This document shows positions 1 to 9,863 of a stretch of 64,000 nucleotides of DNA, in pieces; position 1 is the first letter of the stretch, and each line of letters opens with the position of its first letter. The stretch comes from Candidatus Woesearchaeota archaeon (lineage in GTDB: Archaea; Nanobdellota; Nanobdellia; Woesearchaeales; SM23-78): NCBI GenBank assembly GCA_016930415.1, contig JAFGGS010000022.1:16930-80929 (forward strand), given 5' to 3'. The notes beneath the pieces were generated by a model, which saw only the letters and a list, made by a program, of their open reading frames with translations, did not search any database and had not been told where the DNA came from. The translations under genes were made by a program, and so were the position numbers.

Positions 1-1071
1 ACCATAAACCCTATCGACCTTGTGCTGCTCTGCAAAGACCATTATCTTCTCGCTTATCTTCGCAATCTTATCAGCGATCTCCTTCTCCTTGTCCTTTAGT
101 TCTGAGTACTCATTAGCTAGCCTAACGCCTTCCTCCTTCCGATAAGCTACTGGCTCTAGCTTCTCTGTCTCGTAGAGGTGCCTCCAGCGGGGGCAGACAG
201 GTCTATACTCGCACCATTGGCAGAGCGCAGACTCCTTTAAGGGGTATTCTTTTGCTGACTCAATCTCTTTAATGACGTTGATGGTGTCTTTCTTAAGCTT
301 CTCAAGCTGCTCGTCTGTCCTCTCGCTGCGGAGCTCCTTGTCAAAAGCCAGGTAGTGCCAGACAAGCACGACCTTCCTGCAGTCCTTGTACTTCTCCTTG
401 ACTGCGATGGCGTAGAGCGCGAGCTGCCGATCGACGTCTACTTTGTCCTGCTCTGGCAGGCTGTTCGCTGTCTTGTAGTCATGGACCTCGTACACTCCCT
501 CGCCAGCGTAGGCCAGGCGGTCTATGAATCCCTGCAGGACATGCCTCCCTTCAGGGTCCAGCCTGATCACGATCCTCATCTCAAGGCCGATAGTCTTGGC
601 TTGGTTGAAAGGCTTGTACCTGTTATGATAGTCGACTATGAACCTCTCGCCCATCTTGCGGTAGTTATCAGAAGAATATTCCTTCCTGACTATCAGCACG
701 TTGTCAGTCCAGTGCCTCTCCCACTCTGAGTTGAAGAAATCGAGGAGCTCCTGCAGCGTGTTCTCCTTCTCGAACTTAAGGTCTGTGTATAGCTTCTCAA
801 GCGTGTCGTGCACCCTTGACCCTAGGAATGATTCTATCGAGCCTTCAATCTCAGACTCGAGCTTGTCAACGTATGCGAACTTGAACTTTTGAGGACACTG
901 CTCGAACGTGGAAAGCCTGGAGTGAGAATACACTGCCTGGCCTGGCTTTAGCTCAACTCCTAATATCTCCTCGTCGCCCCTCTTCTTCTGGCCTTCCTGC
1001 GACTCGCCGCTCACACCTGCCGCGCTCGCCTTCCCTGAGAAGCCATCAAGACTACCCTGCATGTCACCCAT
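1..1071 (-). CDS. PD-(D/E)XK (RecB/Cas4-like) nuclease with C-terminal Cys cluster, 3' end truncated by window
   Basis: Minus-strand translation from ATG at 1071 gives MGDMQGSLDGF...; it contains D..E.K-type motif (GFIDRL...VHDYKT) and C-terminal CQWCEYRPVCP cluster typical of Cas4/DUF83-like nucleases; runs off window start so absent from ORF track; the + ORF 355..729 lies antisense to it. Confidence 0.55.
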   Translation of the reverse strand, partial: MGDMQGSLDGFSGKASAAGVSGESQEGQKKRGDEEILGVELKPGQAVYSHSRLSTFEQCPQKFKFAYVDKLESEIEGSIESFLGSRVHDTLEKLYTDLKFEKENTLQELLDFFNSEWERHWTDNVLIVRKEYSSDNYRKMGERFIVDYHNRYKPFNQAKTIGLEMRIVIRLDPEGRHVLQGFIDRLAYAGEGVYEVHDYKTANSLPEQDKVDVDRQLALYAIAVKEKYKDCRKVVLVWHYLAFDKELRSERTDEQLEKLKKDTINVIKEIESAKEYPLKESALCQWCEYRPVCPRWRHLYETEKLEPVAYRKEEGVRLANEYSELKDKEKEIADKIAKISEKIMVFAEQHKVDRVYG

Positions 1072-1208
1072 AAGGAAAAGGAAAGGCCGCTCCCTGTTTT
1101 AAATGTTTTGCGTTGGAGTGTCCAGTGCGTCTTGTGGCGTCCCTGCCGCCAATGCATTCAAAAGCTCTGCTCTTGTTTTGCGTCTCCAAGTATTGGACTT
1201 GAGTTTTT

Positions 1209-1715
1209 TTAGAACACGTGCTTCTCGAGCAGGAACAGTAGCTCTGGGTGGAACTTCTCTCCACGCTTGGCCATCTGCTTCATCTCTTCTATCGGGAAGA
1301 AATCCACTCTCTCTACGACTTCAGGGTCTGGCTTGAAGGGGCCGTTGAAGGTTGTCCTGAAGGTAGTCAGGAACTTTTCGAGCTTTGGTCCATCCTTGTT
1401 TCCTCCTCCCTTGTAGAAGTCTTTCTTGAAGAACTCGATCCTTGTGGTCATGCCCAGCTCTTCCTGGTACTCTCGCATGGCTGCTTCCTCGTACGTCTCG
1501 CCGCTCTGCACGTGTCCTCCGACTGCCGTGCACCAATGATGAGGGCAGAAAGATACTTTCTTGCTGCGGAGCTGGATCGCCATCTCTCCCTTGTCGTTGT
1601 ATATCAATACGTGGACTATCCTGTGGCGAAGATTCTTCTCGTAGATCTCGCTCTTAGACGCCTTTCCGACTACATTGTCATCCACGTCGACTACATCCAT
1701 GTACTCTATCATCAT
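1209..1715 (-). CDS. NUDIX hydrolase (possibly IPP-isomerase-like)
   Basis: Nudix box GGHVQSGETYEEAAMREYQEELG in 168-aa ORF; CPHHWC...GGH resembles type-1 IDI region. Confidence 0.7.
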   Translation of the reverse strand: MMIEYMDVVDVDDNVVGKASKSEIYEKNLRHRIVHVLIYNDKGEMAIQLRSKKVSFCPHHWCTAVGGHVQSGETYEEAAMREYQEELGMTTRIEFFKKDFYKGGGNKDGPKLEKFLTTFRTTFNGPFKPDPEVVERVDFFPIEEMKQMAKRGEKFHPELLFLLEKHVF

Positions 1716-1751
1716 GAAGAATCGGTTTAGGCTCTGGTATTAAATAAGTTG

Positions 1752-2552
1752 TTATTTTCCAGCGAGCATCCCGCAGGCCGCATCCACGTCTCTTCCGCGA
1801 GGCTCCCTCACGTAGCAGATGAAGCCGTGTTTTCTAAGGGCTGCCTTGAATGAGATGATTGTCTCCTGGCTCGGCGGCTGATAATGCTCTTTCTTTGAGT
1901 TCACTGGTATCAGGTTGATGAGCGACTTCTTTGGCACTAGCGCCGCCAGCCTCTCTGCGTCAATAGCAGCGTCGTTGAATCCTTTTATCATCACGTACTC
2001 TATCTGGAGGCGCCTCCTGCTGGGAAGCGAGTCATTGATCTCCTGCATTGTCTCTTTCAGGATTGAGAGAGAGTACTTCTTGTTGATCGGCATTATCCTG
2101 CTTCTCTGCTCGTCTGTTGTCGCGTTCAGGCTTATCGCGATGTTAACCTTGGTCGGCAGGAGCAGTTTCATCCTGTCGCAGAGGCCGCAAGTCGACACCG
2201 CGATCTTCCTTGAAGGGATACCTTTCTCTTTCTTCACGCGCTCGACCGCCTCCACGATGTGAGGATTGTCCAGCGGTTCTCCCATGCCCATGAATACTAC
2301 AGAGTCGACATCCAAGCCATCATCTATCTGGCCGATAATCTCGTCAGCCGACAGATTCCTGGAAAACCTCTTGCCGCTTTCGCAGAAGGAGCATCTCATC
2401 CTGCAGCCCGCCTGGGTCGAGATGCATAGGTTAGTCTTTGTCTTGTGAGGGATGACTACGCTCTCGACGAGGCTTCCATCATCCAGCTCGTGCACCCTCC
2501 TGATGGTTCCGTCGCTTGAAGAAACTCTTTTTACGACTCGCAAATTGTTCAC
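1752..2552 (-). CDS. radical SAM RNA methyltransferase, RlmN/Cfr-like
   Basis: CRMRCSFC (CX3CX2C) radical-SAM motif and C-terminal DAACGML resembling RlmN catalytic Cys region. Confidence 0.65.
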   Translation of the reverse strand: MNNLRVVKRVSSSDGTIRRVHELDDGSLVESVVIPHKTKTNLCISTQAGCRMRCSFCESGKRFSRNLSADEIIGQIDDGLDVDSVVFMGMGEPLDNPHIVEAVERVKKEKGIPSRKIAVSTCGLCDRMKLLLPTKVNIAISLNATTDEQRSRIMPINKKYSLSILKETMQEINDSLPSRRRLQIEYVMIKGFNDAAIDAERLAALVPKKSLINLIPVNSKKEHYQPPSQETIISFKAALRKHGFICYVREPRGRDVDAACGMLAGK

Positions 2553-3610
2553 TCGCCTTGCATCTTCTCGCAGATGACTGCAACGTTTTCAAAACCCAGG
2601 AGCACTACCTCTCGGTTGCCGCTTAGGCCTTGCTCGTATTCATTCCTGACCTGCCAGTATTCCTTGGGGTCCACCTCGAGCCTGATCACGACGCTCGCAG
2701 CCTTGCACTTGCGAAGCTCTGTCTTGATTAGCAAGGGGTCGTTCCCGCACACGCTTAGCACCCTGAACATGGCCTTGAAGAATGGGCTTGTCATCTTCTC
2801 TTCGCTCGTCATGAACGCGTATTTCTTCTCAGACGCCAGTTCTGTGCCTGTGATTGCGCACAGCTCTGCCAGCAGCCCTGCCTTGTGCACTGCGCCGTCG
2901 ACCTCGTAGACGTACTTCTTAGGCCCTCTTGCCTTTACGAGCCTGGCTTTCCTGTCGTTAGAGATGGTTTTTCCGGATGGAAGGATGACTGCGCTCCTCT
3001 CGGCATTCTTGAGCGGTCCGAAGTAGAGCGTCAGCCTGTTCAGCTTTCCATTGACAGAAGCGTACTCTTGCTCGCAGTCGAAGGGCATCTCTTTTATCTG
3101 GGGCGGGAACTCGACTGCGATTCTGCTCGTTATCTTCCCGTATCTTGCCAGGAACTTGTTGATGTCTGGCTTCATCGCCTCTATCTTTCGCTTTTCTGCG
3201 CTTGCGTCCCTTTCAGGGTCAAGGAAGACTATCTCTGCATCGTCTTCCTTTATTTTCTCGATGATTTCAGGGTCGAGTGCGTTTCCTGCGGTGAATTCGA
3301 TGTTCCTGAAGCGAAGCTTTGAAGCGTTCTTCCTAGCAATCTCTATCTTCTCGGTGTTGACGTCTATTCCCAGGACGTGCCTGCACTTCTTTGCGAAGCT
3401 GAACGCCTGAAGGCCTATGCCGCAGCCGACGTCCGCGATCCTCTCGCACTTGAGCCTCTCTGCCCTCCAGTCAGCCACTGCCTCGTTCGTCGCCCATCTA
3501 AGATCTTCTTTCCTGAACTCGAGCTTATCCTCTTTTGAATGCTTCACAGTTCCCTTCTGCTCTTTGCCCTTCTCTTCTTTGCTCTTGCTTTTTTCTTCTT
3601 TTCCAGCCAT
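2549..3610 (-). CDS. class I SAM-dependent methyltransferase (putative RNA MTase) with Lys-rich N-terminus
   Basis: DVGCGIGLQAFSFA motif I and FLDPERD motif; start overlaps the stop of the RlmN-like gene by 4 nt. Confidence 0.55.
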   Translation of the reverse strand: MAGKEEKSKSKEEKGKEQKGTVKHSKEDKLEFRKEDLRWATNEAVADWRAERLKCERIADVGCGIGLQAFSFAKKCRHVLGIDVNTEKIEIARKNASKLRFRNIEFTAGNALDPEIIEKIKEDDAEIVFLDPERDASAEKRKIEAMKPDINKFLARYGKITSRIAVEFPPQIKEMPFDCEQEYASVNGKLNRLTLYFGPLKNAERSAVILPSGKTISNDRKARLVKARGPKKYVYEVDGAVHKAGLLAELCAITGTELASEKKYAFMTSEEKMTSPFFKAMFRVLSVCGNDPLLIKTELRKCKAASVVIRLEVDPKEYWQVRNEYEQGLSGNREVVLLGFENVAVICEKMQGE

Positions 3611-3697
3611 CTGCGCACTGGTTAAGGAAGAAGCTTTTTAAAGTCTTCTTGTTTTGCTTCAGGAATAAGTGCTTGATAGGTAAAGGGATTGTTTAGG

Positions 3698-4699
3698 ATG
3701 AGATTTGAAGAGTTTTTTTCGCCTGTTGTTATTATCGTATTTATACTCGTCTTTGCGCTCTCCTTGCAAGGATGCGGCCCTGCGGACAGTGACCCTCTGC
3801 AAGGCTCAGGGAGTGAGCCTGGAACCGCTGGAAGGATCAGTGTCGTGGCGACGATATTCCCTCTCTACGAGTTCGTGAAGGCAGTCGGCGGGAGCCGCGT
3901 GGACGCGTATCTCCTGCTTCCTGCTGGCAGCGACGTCCACAGCTTTGACCCCAGGCCTAGCGACGTCGTGAGGATTGAGAATGCCCGCATGGTCTTGTAC
4001 GTTGACGAGTCCCTTGAGCCTTGGCTTACTGACATCCTTGACGGGATAAATCCTGCTGATCTGGCTGTTTTCGAGGTGAGCCAATACGTTGACCTCATCA
4101 ATTCCGGAGAGGTAGAAGGGCAGGAAGGCCATCTGGCTGAAGGGCTCGCAGAGGAAGAGCATGGTCACGAGGGCGCTGACCCTCACTTCTGGCTTGATCT
4201 TGAGAGGGATGGCGCGCTCGTATCCGAGATTGCAAGGACGCTTGCAGCCATGGACCCTGACCACTCCCAGGATTATTATGATAACGCAGTGATATACTTG
4301 GCCGAGCTTGCAGAGCTTGATGGCTCTTACAGGTCAGGGCTCATGAACTGCAGCAAGCGCGAATTCATAACTAACCATGACTCGTTCACTTATCTTGCGA
4401 TGAGGTATGGGCTGACGCAGATACCTCTCTTCGGGGTTTCACGAGACCACGAGCCGAGCCCTAAGAAGGTCAAGGAGATAACTGACCTTGCAAAGGCGCA
4501 TGGCTTGAAGGCGGTCTTTTTCGAGAGCAGCATGAGTCCTGCTGTCGCTGAGGTGATCGCCAGGGAGATCGGGGGCAGGACTCTTGTGCTGAATCCTGGC
4601 GCCAATCTTGATGCTGATCAGCGTTCCAGGGGCGTGAGTTTCCTTGGTCTCATGCGTGAGAACCTTGAGAGCTTGAAGGTCGGGCTTGAGTGCCGGTAG
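3698..4699 (+). CDS. znuA: ZnuA/TroA-family metal ABC transporter substrate-binding lipoprotein
   Basis: Signal peptide plus lipobox (LSLQGCG), His/acidic-rich loop EGQEGHLAEGLAEEEHGHEGADPHFW, cluster-9 SBP-like sequence; ATG at 3698 preferred over the TTG at 3689. Confidence 0.7.
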   Translation: MRFEEFFSPVVIIVFILVFALSLQGCGPADSDPLQGSGSEPGTAGRISVVATIFPLYEFVKAVGGSRVDAYLLLPAGSDVHSFDPRPSDVVRIENARMVLYVDESLEPWLTDILDGINPADLAVFEVSQYVDLINSGEVEGQEGHLAEGLAEEEHGHEGADPHFWLDLERDGALVSEIARTLAAMDPDHSQDYYDNAVIYLAELAELDGSYRSGLMNCSKREFITNHDSFTYLAMRYGLTQIPLFGVSRDHEPSPKKVKEITDLAKAHGLKAVFFESSMSPAVAEVIAREIGGRTLVLNPGANLDADQRSRGVSFLGLMRENLESLKVGLECR

Positions 4700-4788
4700 G
4701 CCGATCCCTTCATATCATTCACACGCTTCATCCTGGCGGGAATAAAGAAAACTCTTTTATACCAAATGCAAGAAAAGAGGGTTTGTCC

Positions 4789-5664
4789 ATGGCTAAGCAT
4801 AAGAGGTCTGCTGCAAAGGAGCAGTCTAAACTCCAAGAGGACGCCGAATCTGGCCTGCGTGTTGATGATGGAGGTACGGGCGGCGTAGGAGAAGCATCAG
4901 GAGGTAGCATAGTCTCTGTGGAGAACTTATCATTCTCTTATGGCTCCGGCCTCGTACTTGACGACGTCACTTTTTCGATATCAAGAGATGACTTCGTAGG
5001 TCTTATAGGTCCTAATGGCTCTGGCAAGAGCACTCTTGTAAAGCTATTGATGGGTCTTAACAAGCCTGATTCTGGAAGGATATCCTTGTTCGGGAAAGAT
5101 ATTGGCTCGTTCAATGACTGGGGAAAAATCGCATACGTCCCTCAGAAGGCGTCGCAGGTCGATCCCTTGTTTCCCATCACTGTCAGGGAAGTCGTCGAGA
5201 TGGGTCTTCTTTCCAAGAAGAGGTTTCCAAAGATCCTGATATCTGAAGACAAGTTTAAGGTCGACAAGGCTTTGAAGATTGTCGGTATGGAAGGCTTTTC
5301 AGGCAGGAGGATCGGGGAGCTCTCTGGCGGCCAGCAGCAGCGCGTATTCATCGCAAGGGCTGTGGTCTCAAGCCCGCAGCTCTTGGTGCTTGACGAGCCC
5401 ACTGTCGGAGTTGACCAGGCTACTCAGGTCAAGTTCTACGAGCTCTTGGGGAACCTGAACCGGGCGGGGATAGCGATAATCCTGATATCGCACGATATTG
5501 GGATGATCACCAGGTTCGTGACAAAGGTCGCCGTGCTCAGCGGTAAACTCGTGTTTTACGGGACTCACAAGCAGTTCTGTTCATCAGACCAGGTCTTGGG
5601 AGTATTGGCTAAGCATCATCACTTGCTTGACTTGGGGTGCAATTATGAGAAGCATAAGCGTTGA
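4789..5664 (+). CDS. znuC: ABC transporter ATP-binding protein (ZnuC-like)
   Basis: Walker A GPNGSGKST, signature LSGGQQQR, Walker B LLVLDEP; ATG 4789 (MAKHK...) is the likely start. Confidence 0.8.
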   Translation: MAKHKRSAAKEQSKLQEDAESGLRVDDGGTGGVGEASGGSIVSVENLSFSYGSGLVLDDVTFSISRDDFVGLIGPNGSGKSTLVKLLMGLNKPDSGRISLFGKDIGSFNDWGKIAYVPQKASQVDPLFPITVREVVEMGLLSKKRFPKILISEDKFKVDKALKIVGMEGFSGRRIGELSGGQQQRVFIARAVVSSPQLLVLDEPTVGVDQATQVKFYELLGNLNRAGIAIILISHDIGMITRFVTKVAVLSGKLVFYGTHKQFCSSDQVLGVLAKHHHLLDLGCNYEKHKR

Positions 5665-5692
5665 TTAGCATATTAGAGATTAGAGGTTTGAC

Positions 5693-6499
5693 ATGTTAGA
5701 GATTTTAGGATATTCGTTCATGCAAAAAGCCTTGCTGACTGGCGTAGTCATCGCGATAGCCTGTTCTCTTCTAGGAGTCTTCCTGGTGCTTAGGAGGTAT
5801 TCGCTCATTGGAGACGGCCTTGCGCATATATCCTTTGGAGGGATTGCTCTTGGCTTATTGTTCGGAGTCGCGCCCGTCCTCTTCGCGCTCGCCTTCGCGG
5901 CGTTAAGCGCAATAGCCATCCTTAAGATCAAGGAGAAGGCGAGGATTCAGGGTGACACCGCGATCGGCATAGTGAGCCATGCCGCGTTGGGTCTTGGCAT
6001 CTTCATAATAAGTATCGCTCGCGGCTTTAACGTAGACATGCTAAGCTACTTGTTCGGGAGCATCCTGGCGATAAGCACGCTCGAGGTCATTACATCAGTC
6101 CTTCTTGCAGGCGCGGTAGTGGCTTTGATAATGATATTCTATCATGACCTGACCTTTGTCGCGTTTGATGAGGATTCTGCTAAGGCTTCAGGCATAGACG
6201 CGGGTTTCCTGAATACGCTCCTGATAGTCCTTACTGCGGTCACGATAGTCTCTGCCATGAAGGTTACAGGCCTTCTCTTGGCCTCGTCCTTGATAGTGCT
6301 TCCGGCAGCGTCTTCCCTGCAAGTCGCGAAGAGTTTTAGGAAGGCGTTGTTCTTCTCAGCTTTGATAGCGATTGTCTCTGTTGTGGCAGGCTTGGCTTTA
6401 GCCTATCACTTCGACTTTGCAGCTTCAGGCACCATTGTCCTGCTTAATTTTGTCTTCTTCTGCATCTTGTTCGCTGTGAGGAGTTTCTTGCGAAGATGA
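5693..6499 (+). CDS. znuB: ABC transporter permease (ZnuB/TroCD family)
   Basis: 268-aa polytopic membrane protein typical of ABC-3 family permeases, directly downstream of the ATPase. Confidence 0.8.
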   Translation: MLEILGYSFMQKALLTGVVIAIACSLLGVFLVLRRYSLIGDGLAHISFGGIALGLLFGVAPVLFALAFAALSAIAILKIKEKARIQGDTAIGIVSHAALGLGIFIISIARGFNVDMLSYLFGSILAISTLEVITSVLLAGAVVALIMIFYHDLTFVAFDEDSAKASGIDAGFLNTLLIVLTAVTIVSAMKVTGLLLASSLIVLPAASSLQVAKSFRKALFFSALIAIVSVVAGLALAYHFDFAASGTIVLLNFVFFCILFAVRSFLRR

Positions 6500-6500
6500 G

Positions 6501-7622
6501 GTGGCTGTTGTCTTGATGAGGAAGAAGAAAATACTGTTCTTGATATCCGATACTGGCGGAGGCCATCGGGCCTCTGCGAACGCAGTGATCTCCGCGCTTG
6601 AAAGAATGGCTCCTGGAAGGTATGATCTTAAGATGGTGGATTTCTTCAACGTGGGGAATTCCGCAGTGGATGGTGTTATCAAGGGATTCTATTCAAGGGT
6701 TATACAAAGGCATCGCTGGGTGTGGGGACTCACGTTCAGCCTGACGAACAACAGGGTCTTCTGGCGAGCAGTACAGCCGCTCTACAGGATAATCCATGAC
6801 AATATAAGGATGATGATTGATAAGGAGAAGCCTGACTTGGTGGTCTCGATCCATCCGATGGTCAACACAATCACCAAGAAGGTGTTGGATGAACTTGGGC
6901 AAGGGATACCTTTCTTGATAATAACAACAGACCCGGTCACGCTCCACGTGGGTTGGCTTGAGCGAGGAGCTGACTTCACGATCGTGGCCACTGAGGATGC
7001 GAAGAAGTGTTTGATAAGCCTTGGCGTGCAAGAGGCGCGCGTGAAGGTCTTGGGCCTCCCGATCGCTCCTGATTTCTACATCCCTGTACGTGATAAGGGA
7101 GTGGTCAAGGCCAGGTTCGGGCTTAGGAAGGATGTGTTCACTGTGCTTTTCAGCGGTGGCGGGGATGGCGGCGGAAAGATATATCCTGTCGTGAAGAGGC
7201 TTATCAAGGATGCTGCCGGTGAGAGGCTGGACTTGCAGGTCATCGTAGTTTGCGGCAGGAACGAGAAGCTCAGGTCCAAGCTGGCTTCTCTTGGTGTGAT
7301 AGCGATACCTTTCACTGATATGATGCCTGAGCTGATGGGTGTCGTGGACCTGATGGTGATCAAGGCAGGCCCAGGAACGATCGAGGAGAGCATGGCTAGG
7401 GGGTTGCCTATTATTATTACGAGCTACCTCCCAGGCCAGGAGAAGGCGAACATCGATTATGCCCGCAAGAAGTGGAGGGCTTTCTACGAGCCGACTGTCA
7501 AGGGGGCAACTGATAGGATCAAGTCTGAGTTCAGGAGCCCTGCTAAGAGGCATGCACCAGTCAAGGCAGGCGACGCTCCAGTCTATAGGATTGCGAAGTT
7601 CATCAGTTCTATGCTGAAATAG
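6501..7622 (+). CDS. GT28 glycosyltransferase, MGDG-synthase/UgtP-like (diacylglycerol glycosyltransferase)
   Basis: N-terminal ILFLISDTGGGHRASANAV motif characteristic of the MGDG synthase/GT28 family; 373 aa. Confidence 0.6.
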   Translation: MAVVLMRKKKILFLISDTGGGHRASANAVISALERMAPGRYDLKMVDFFNVGNSAVDGVIKGFYSRVIQRHRWVWGLTFSLTNNRVFWRAVQPLYRIIHDNIRMMIDKEKPDLVVSIHPMVNTITKKVLDELGQGIPFLIITTDPVTLHVGWLERGADFTIVATEDAKKCLISLGVQEARVKVLGLPIAPDFYIPVRDKGVVKARFGLRKDVFTVLFSGGGDGGGKIYPVVKRLIKDAAGERLDLQVIVVCGRNEKLRSKLASLGVIAIPFTDMMPELMGVVDLMVIKAGPGTIEESMARGLPIIITSYLPGQEKANIDYARKKWRAFYEPTVKGATDRIKSEFRSPAKRHAPVKAGDAPVYRIAKFISSMLK

Positions 7623-7668
7623 CATCTGTTGTTTCAGCAACATTTTTATATTCATGTTCTGAGTGTTT

Positions 7669-8565
7669 ATGAGGACTGCGCGCAGAAGATGTTGTTTTCC
7701 TTCCTGCACCAGATGTTCGAGAGGTTTCATTTTGAAAGATGCGATAATCACCTGTTCAGATGAGAGGTTTGGGGATTTCCTGATAGAGCATTGGCTCGCA
7801 TCCCTCGAGGCCAACGTGGACTTGAAGAATATAGACGTGATAGTCCTAGACTACGGTCTTTCCAAGCCCCAGGTGGAGAGGCTCAAGAAGGCTCTTAAGG
7901 GCATAATCATCTTCAAGGGGAAACGCGACGGTCACGTCAACGTCATACGCTTCAGGGACATTGACACGATCCTTTCAAGGAAAAATTATGGCCAGGTCCT
8001 ATCGGTTGATGGCGGAGACATAATCTTCCAGACAGACCTTAGCCCTTTGCTTAGGAGAGACTCGGGGTCTTTCAGGGCTGCTTGCGAGAGACGCTACGCC
8101 AGGTTCAAGAGGTCGTACATGAGCGGTTTCTTCCCGAAGGAGGTCTCTGAGAGGATTGATGCAGTGCTCAAGGGCAAGAGGGAGATTAATGCAGGGGTAC
8201 TTCTGGCTCCTGCCTCGAAGTTCAGGAAGCTCTGCCAGGAAGTGTATGCTCTTATTGATGAAAAGCAGAAGTTCGGCCCTGACCAGCACACAGTCAATTA
8301 CATCCTGCATAGGGATGGATTTGTGGAGCTGGATGAGAAGTATAATTTCGTGGTCACGGTCTCCAAGAGAAGGTTCATCATCAAGGAAGGGGTCTTTCGC
8401 TTCTCAAACGGAGAGGTGATTCCTATCGTTCATAACGCAGGGCACTACAGGTTTTTCAGGCCGATCGAGAGATTCGGGTTCGGTAGGGACAGGAATCGCT
8501 TGAGATGGTTCTTCTTCTCTTTTGTCGGGTTCTTTGTGAGGCTGGTCGATAGGCTGCTCGGATGA
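7669..8565 (+). CDS. hypothetical protein (possible nucleotide-sugar transferase-like)
   Basis: Long ORF sandwiched between two glycosyltransferases; no clear motif. Confidence 0.35.
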   Translation: MRTARRRCCFPSCTRCSRGFILKDAIITCSDERFGDFLIEHWLASLEANVDLKNIDVIVLDYGLSKPQVERLKKALKGIIIFKGKRDGHVNVIRFRDIDTILSRKNYGQVLSVDGGDIIFQTDLSPLLRRDSGSFRAACERRYARFKRSYMSGFFPKEVSERIDAVLKGKREINAGVLLAPASKFRKLCQEVYALIDEKQKFGPDQHTVNYILHRDGFVELDEKYNFVVTVSKRRFIIKEGVFRFSNGEVIPIVHNAGHYRFFRPIERFGFGRDRNRLRWFFFSFVGFFVRLVDRLLG

Positions 8566-8569
8566 GTTT

Positions 8570-9763
8570 TCAAGCTTTCTTATGACTGTATCTTTTCTTA
8601 TCTTCCTTCTTTCTCCTCTTGTTGCGGCGCGCTTCCTTGTATATCTTCTCAAGCGTCTCGATTGTCTTGTCTATGGAGTACTTGGAGACCTCAAGCGCTC
8701 CTCTCCTCCCCATCTGTTGCCTAAGCTTTCGGCTACGCATGAGCTTCAGCAAGTAGCTTGCCATCTCCTTCTCGTCATGCGCCTTGGCTATGAATCCGGT
8801 CTTCTCATGCTTCACGATGTTTGGTATTGCTAGCTTGTCAACGCCTACGACTGGAAGGCCGCACGCCATGGCCTCGAGTATCACGAGCCCTTCTGTCTCT
8901 ATGGTCGAGGCTGTCACAAAGACGTCTGCTCTAGAGTATATCTTTGATAGCTTGTTGTGGTTTATCGGTCCGCTGAACTCTATCTTCTTGTGAAGGAGCC
9001 TCCCAGCGACTTTCTTGAGGCGCTTTAGGTCTGGCCCCCCTCCTACGATCCTAAGCTTCCAGTCAGGTTCTTCTTTCATGGCGATCTTGTATGCCTTTAT
9101 GACTGTCTCTATGTCCTTCTCATAGCTTATTCTTCCTACATGTATTATCTTCCTTACGCCTGATATCTTCTCATTCCTGTTGGCGGGTTTGAATCTCTTG
9201 AGGTCCACGCCGTTTGACATCGCGCGTATGGGCTTCTTGATGCCTTCCTTGACCAGCACGTCCTTCATGGCCTTTGAAGGCGTTATGACTTGGTCGCAGA
9301 GGTTGTAGTATCCGCGGGTGTATCCCCACACTATCCTCTTGGCAGCTTCGCTCTCACTCATGTACCTTGGCAATCTTGTGTGCCCCATGAAGTCCGGGAG
9401 GAGCGTGTGATAAGTCCCTATCAGGGGCGTGTGGAACATCTTTGAGCAGATGACCGCTTCCCATCCCAGGAAAGAGGGCATGTGGCTGTGTATCACGTCT
9501 GGCTTGAACTTGGACATCTCGTTTATTATCCTGACACTCGGAACTGCCAGCTTGAAGTCAGGATATTTTATGAGGTTGGTCGTCTTGTAGTACTTTATCG
9601 TTATGCCATGGCCTAGGTTTATCTTCTCGCTTCCAGTCCCTGACGATGTGAATATTATTATCTGGTGTCTTTTGGCTGCGAGTCCTCTTGTAGAATTCAC
9701 AATGGCAGTCACGACCCCGTTTATGCTTGGCAGGAACGTGTCTGTGAATACGGCGATTCTCAT
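8570..9763 (-). CDS. GT4 family glycosyltransferase with Lys-rich C-terminal tail
   Basis: MRIAVFTDTFLPSINGV... N-terminus and EGLVILEAMACGLPVV motif typical of GT4/GT-B enzymes. Confidence 0.75.
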   Translation of the reverse strand: MRIAVFTDTFLPSINGVVTAIVNSTRGLAAKRHQIIIFTSSGTGSEKINLGHGITIKYYKTTNLIKYPDFKLAVPSVRIINEMSKFKPDVIHSHMPSFLGWEAVICSKMFHTPLIGTYHTLLPDFMGHTRLPRYMSESEAAKRIVWGYTRGYYNLCDQVITPSKAMKDVLVKEGIKKPIRAMSNGVDLKRFKPANRNEKISGVRKIIHVGRISYEKDIETVIKAYKIAMKEEPDWKLRIVGGGPDLKRLKKVAGRLLHKKIEFSGPINHNKLSKIYSRADVFVTASTIETEGLVILEAMACGLPVVGVDKLAIPNIVKHEKTGFIAKAHDEKEMASYLLKLMRSRKLRQQMGRRGALEVSKYSIDKTIETLEKIYKEARRNKRRKKEDKKRYSHKKA

Positions 9764-9830
9764 AAGGTCAGTTCACGTGATTCCTTTATAAAAATCTTTT
9801 GACCTGCCTATAAATGCCTTTCTCCGAAAA

Positions 9831-9842
9831 GATTTAAAAAAG
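9831..9842 (+). promoter_or_regulatory. archaeal TATA-box-like element about 26 nt upstream of cca ATG (leaderless mRNA)
   Basis: gatttaaaaaag centred about 26 nt upstream of ATG 9864. Confidence 0.35.
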
Positions 9843-9863
9843 CAGGCTCCCATTCAGCATCTC

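Noticed and set aside
355-729. 124-aa + ORF
   Set aside because: Antisense to the Cas4-like nuclease reading frame that spans 1-1071
6693-7814. 373-aa minus-strand ORF antisense to the GT28 gene
   Set aside because: Aberrant R/H/L/P-rich composition, no motifs; fully overlaps a well-supported gene on the opposite strand
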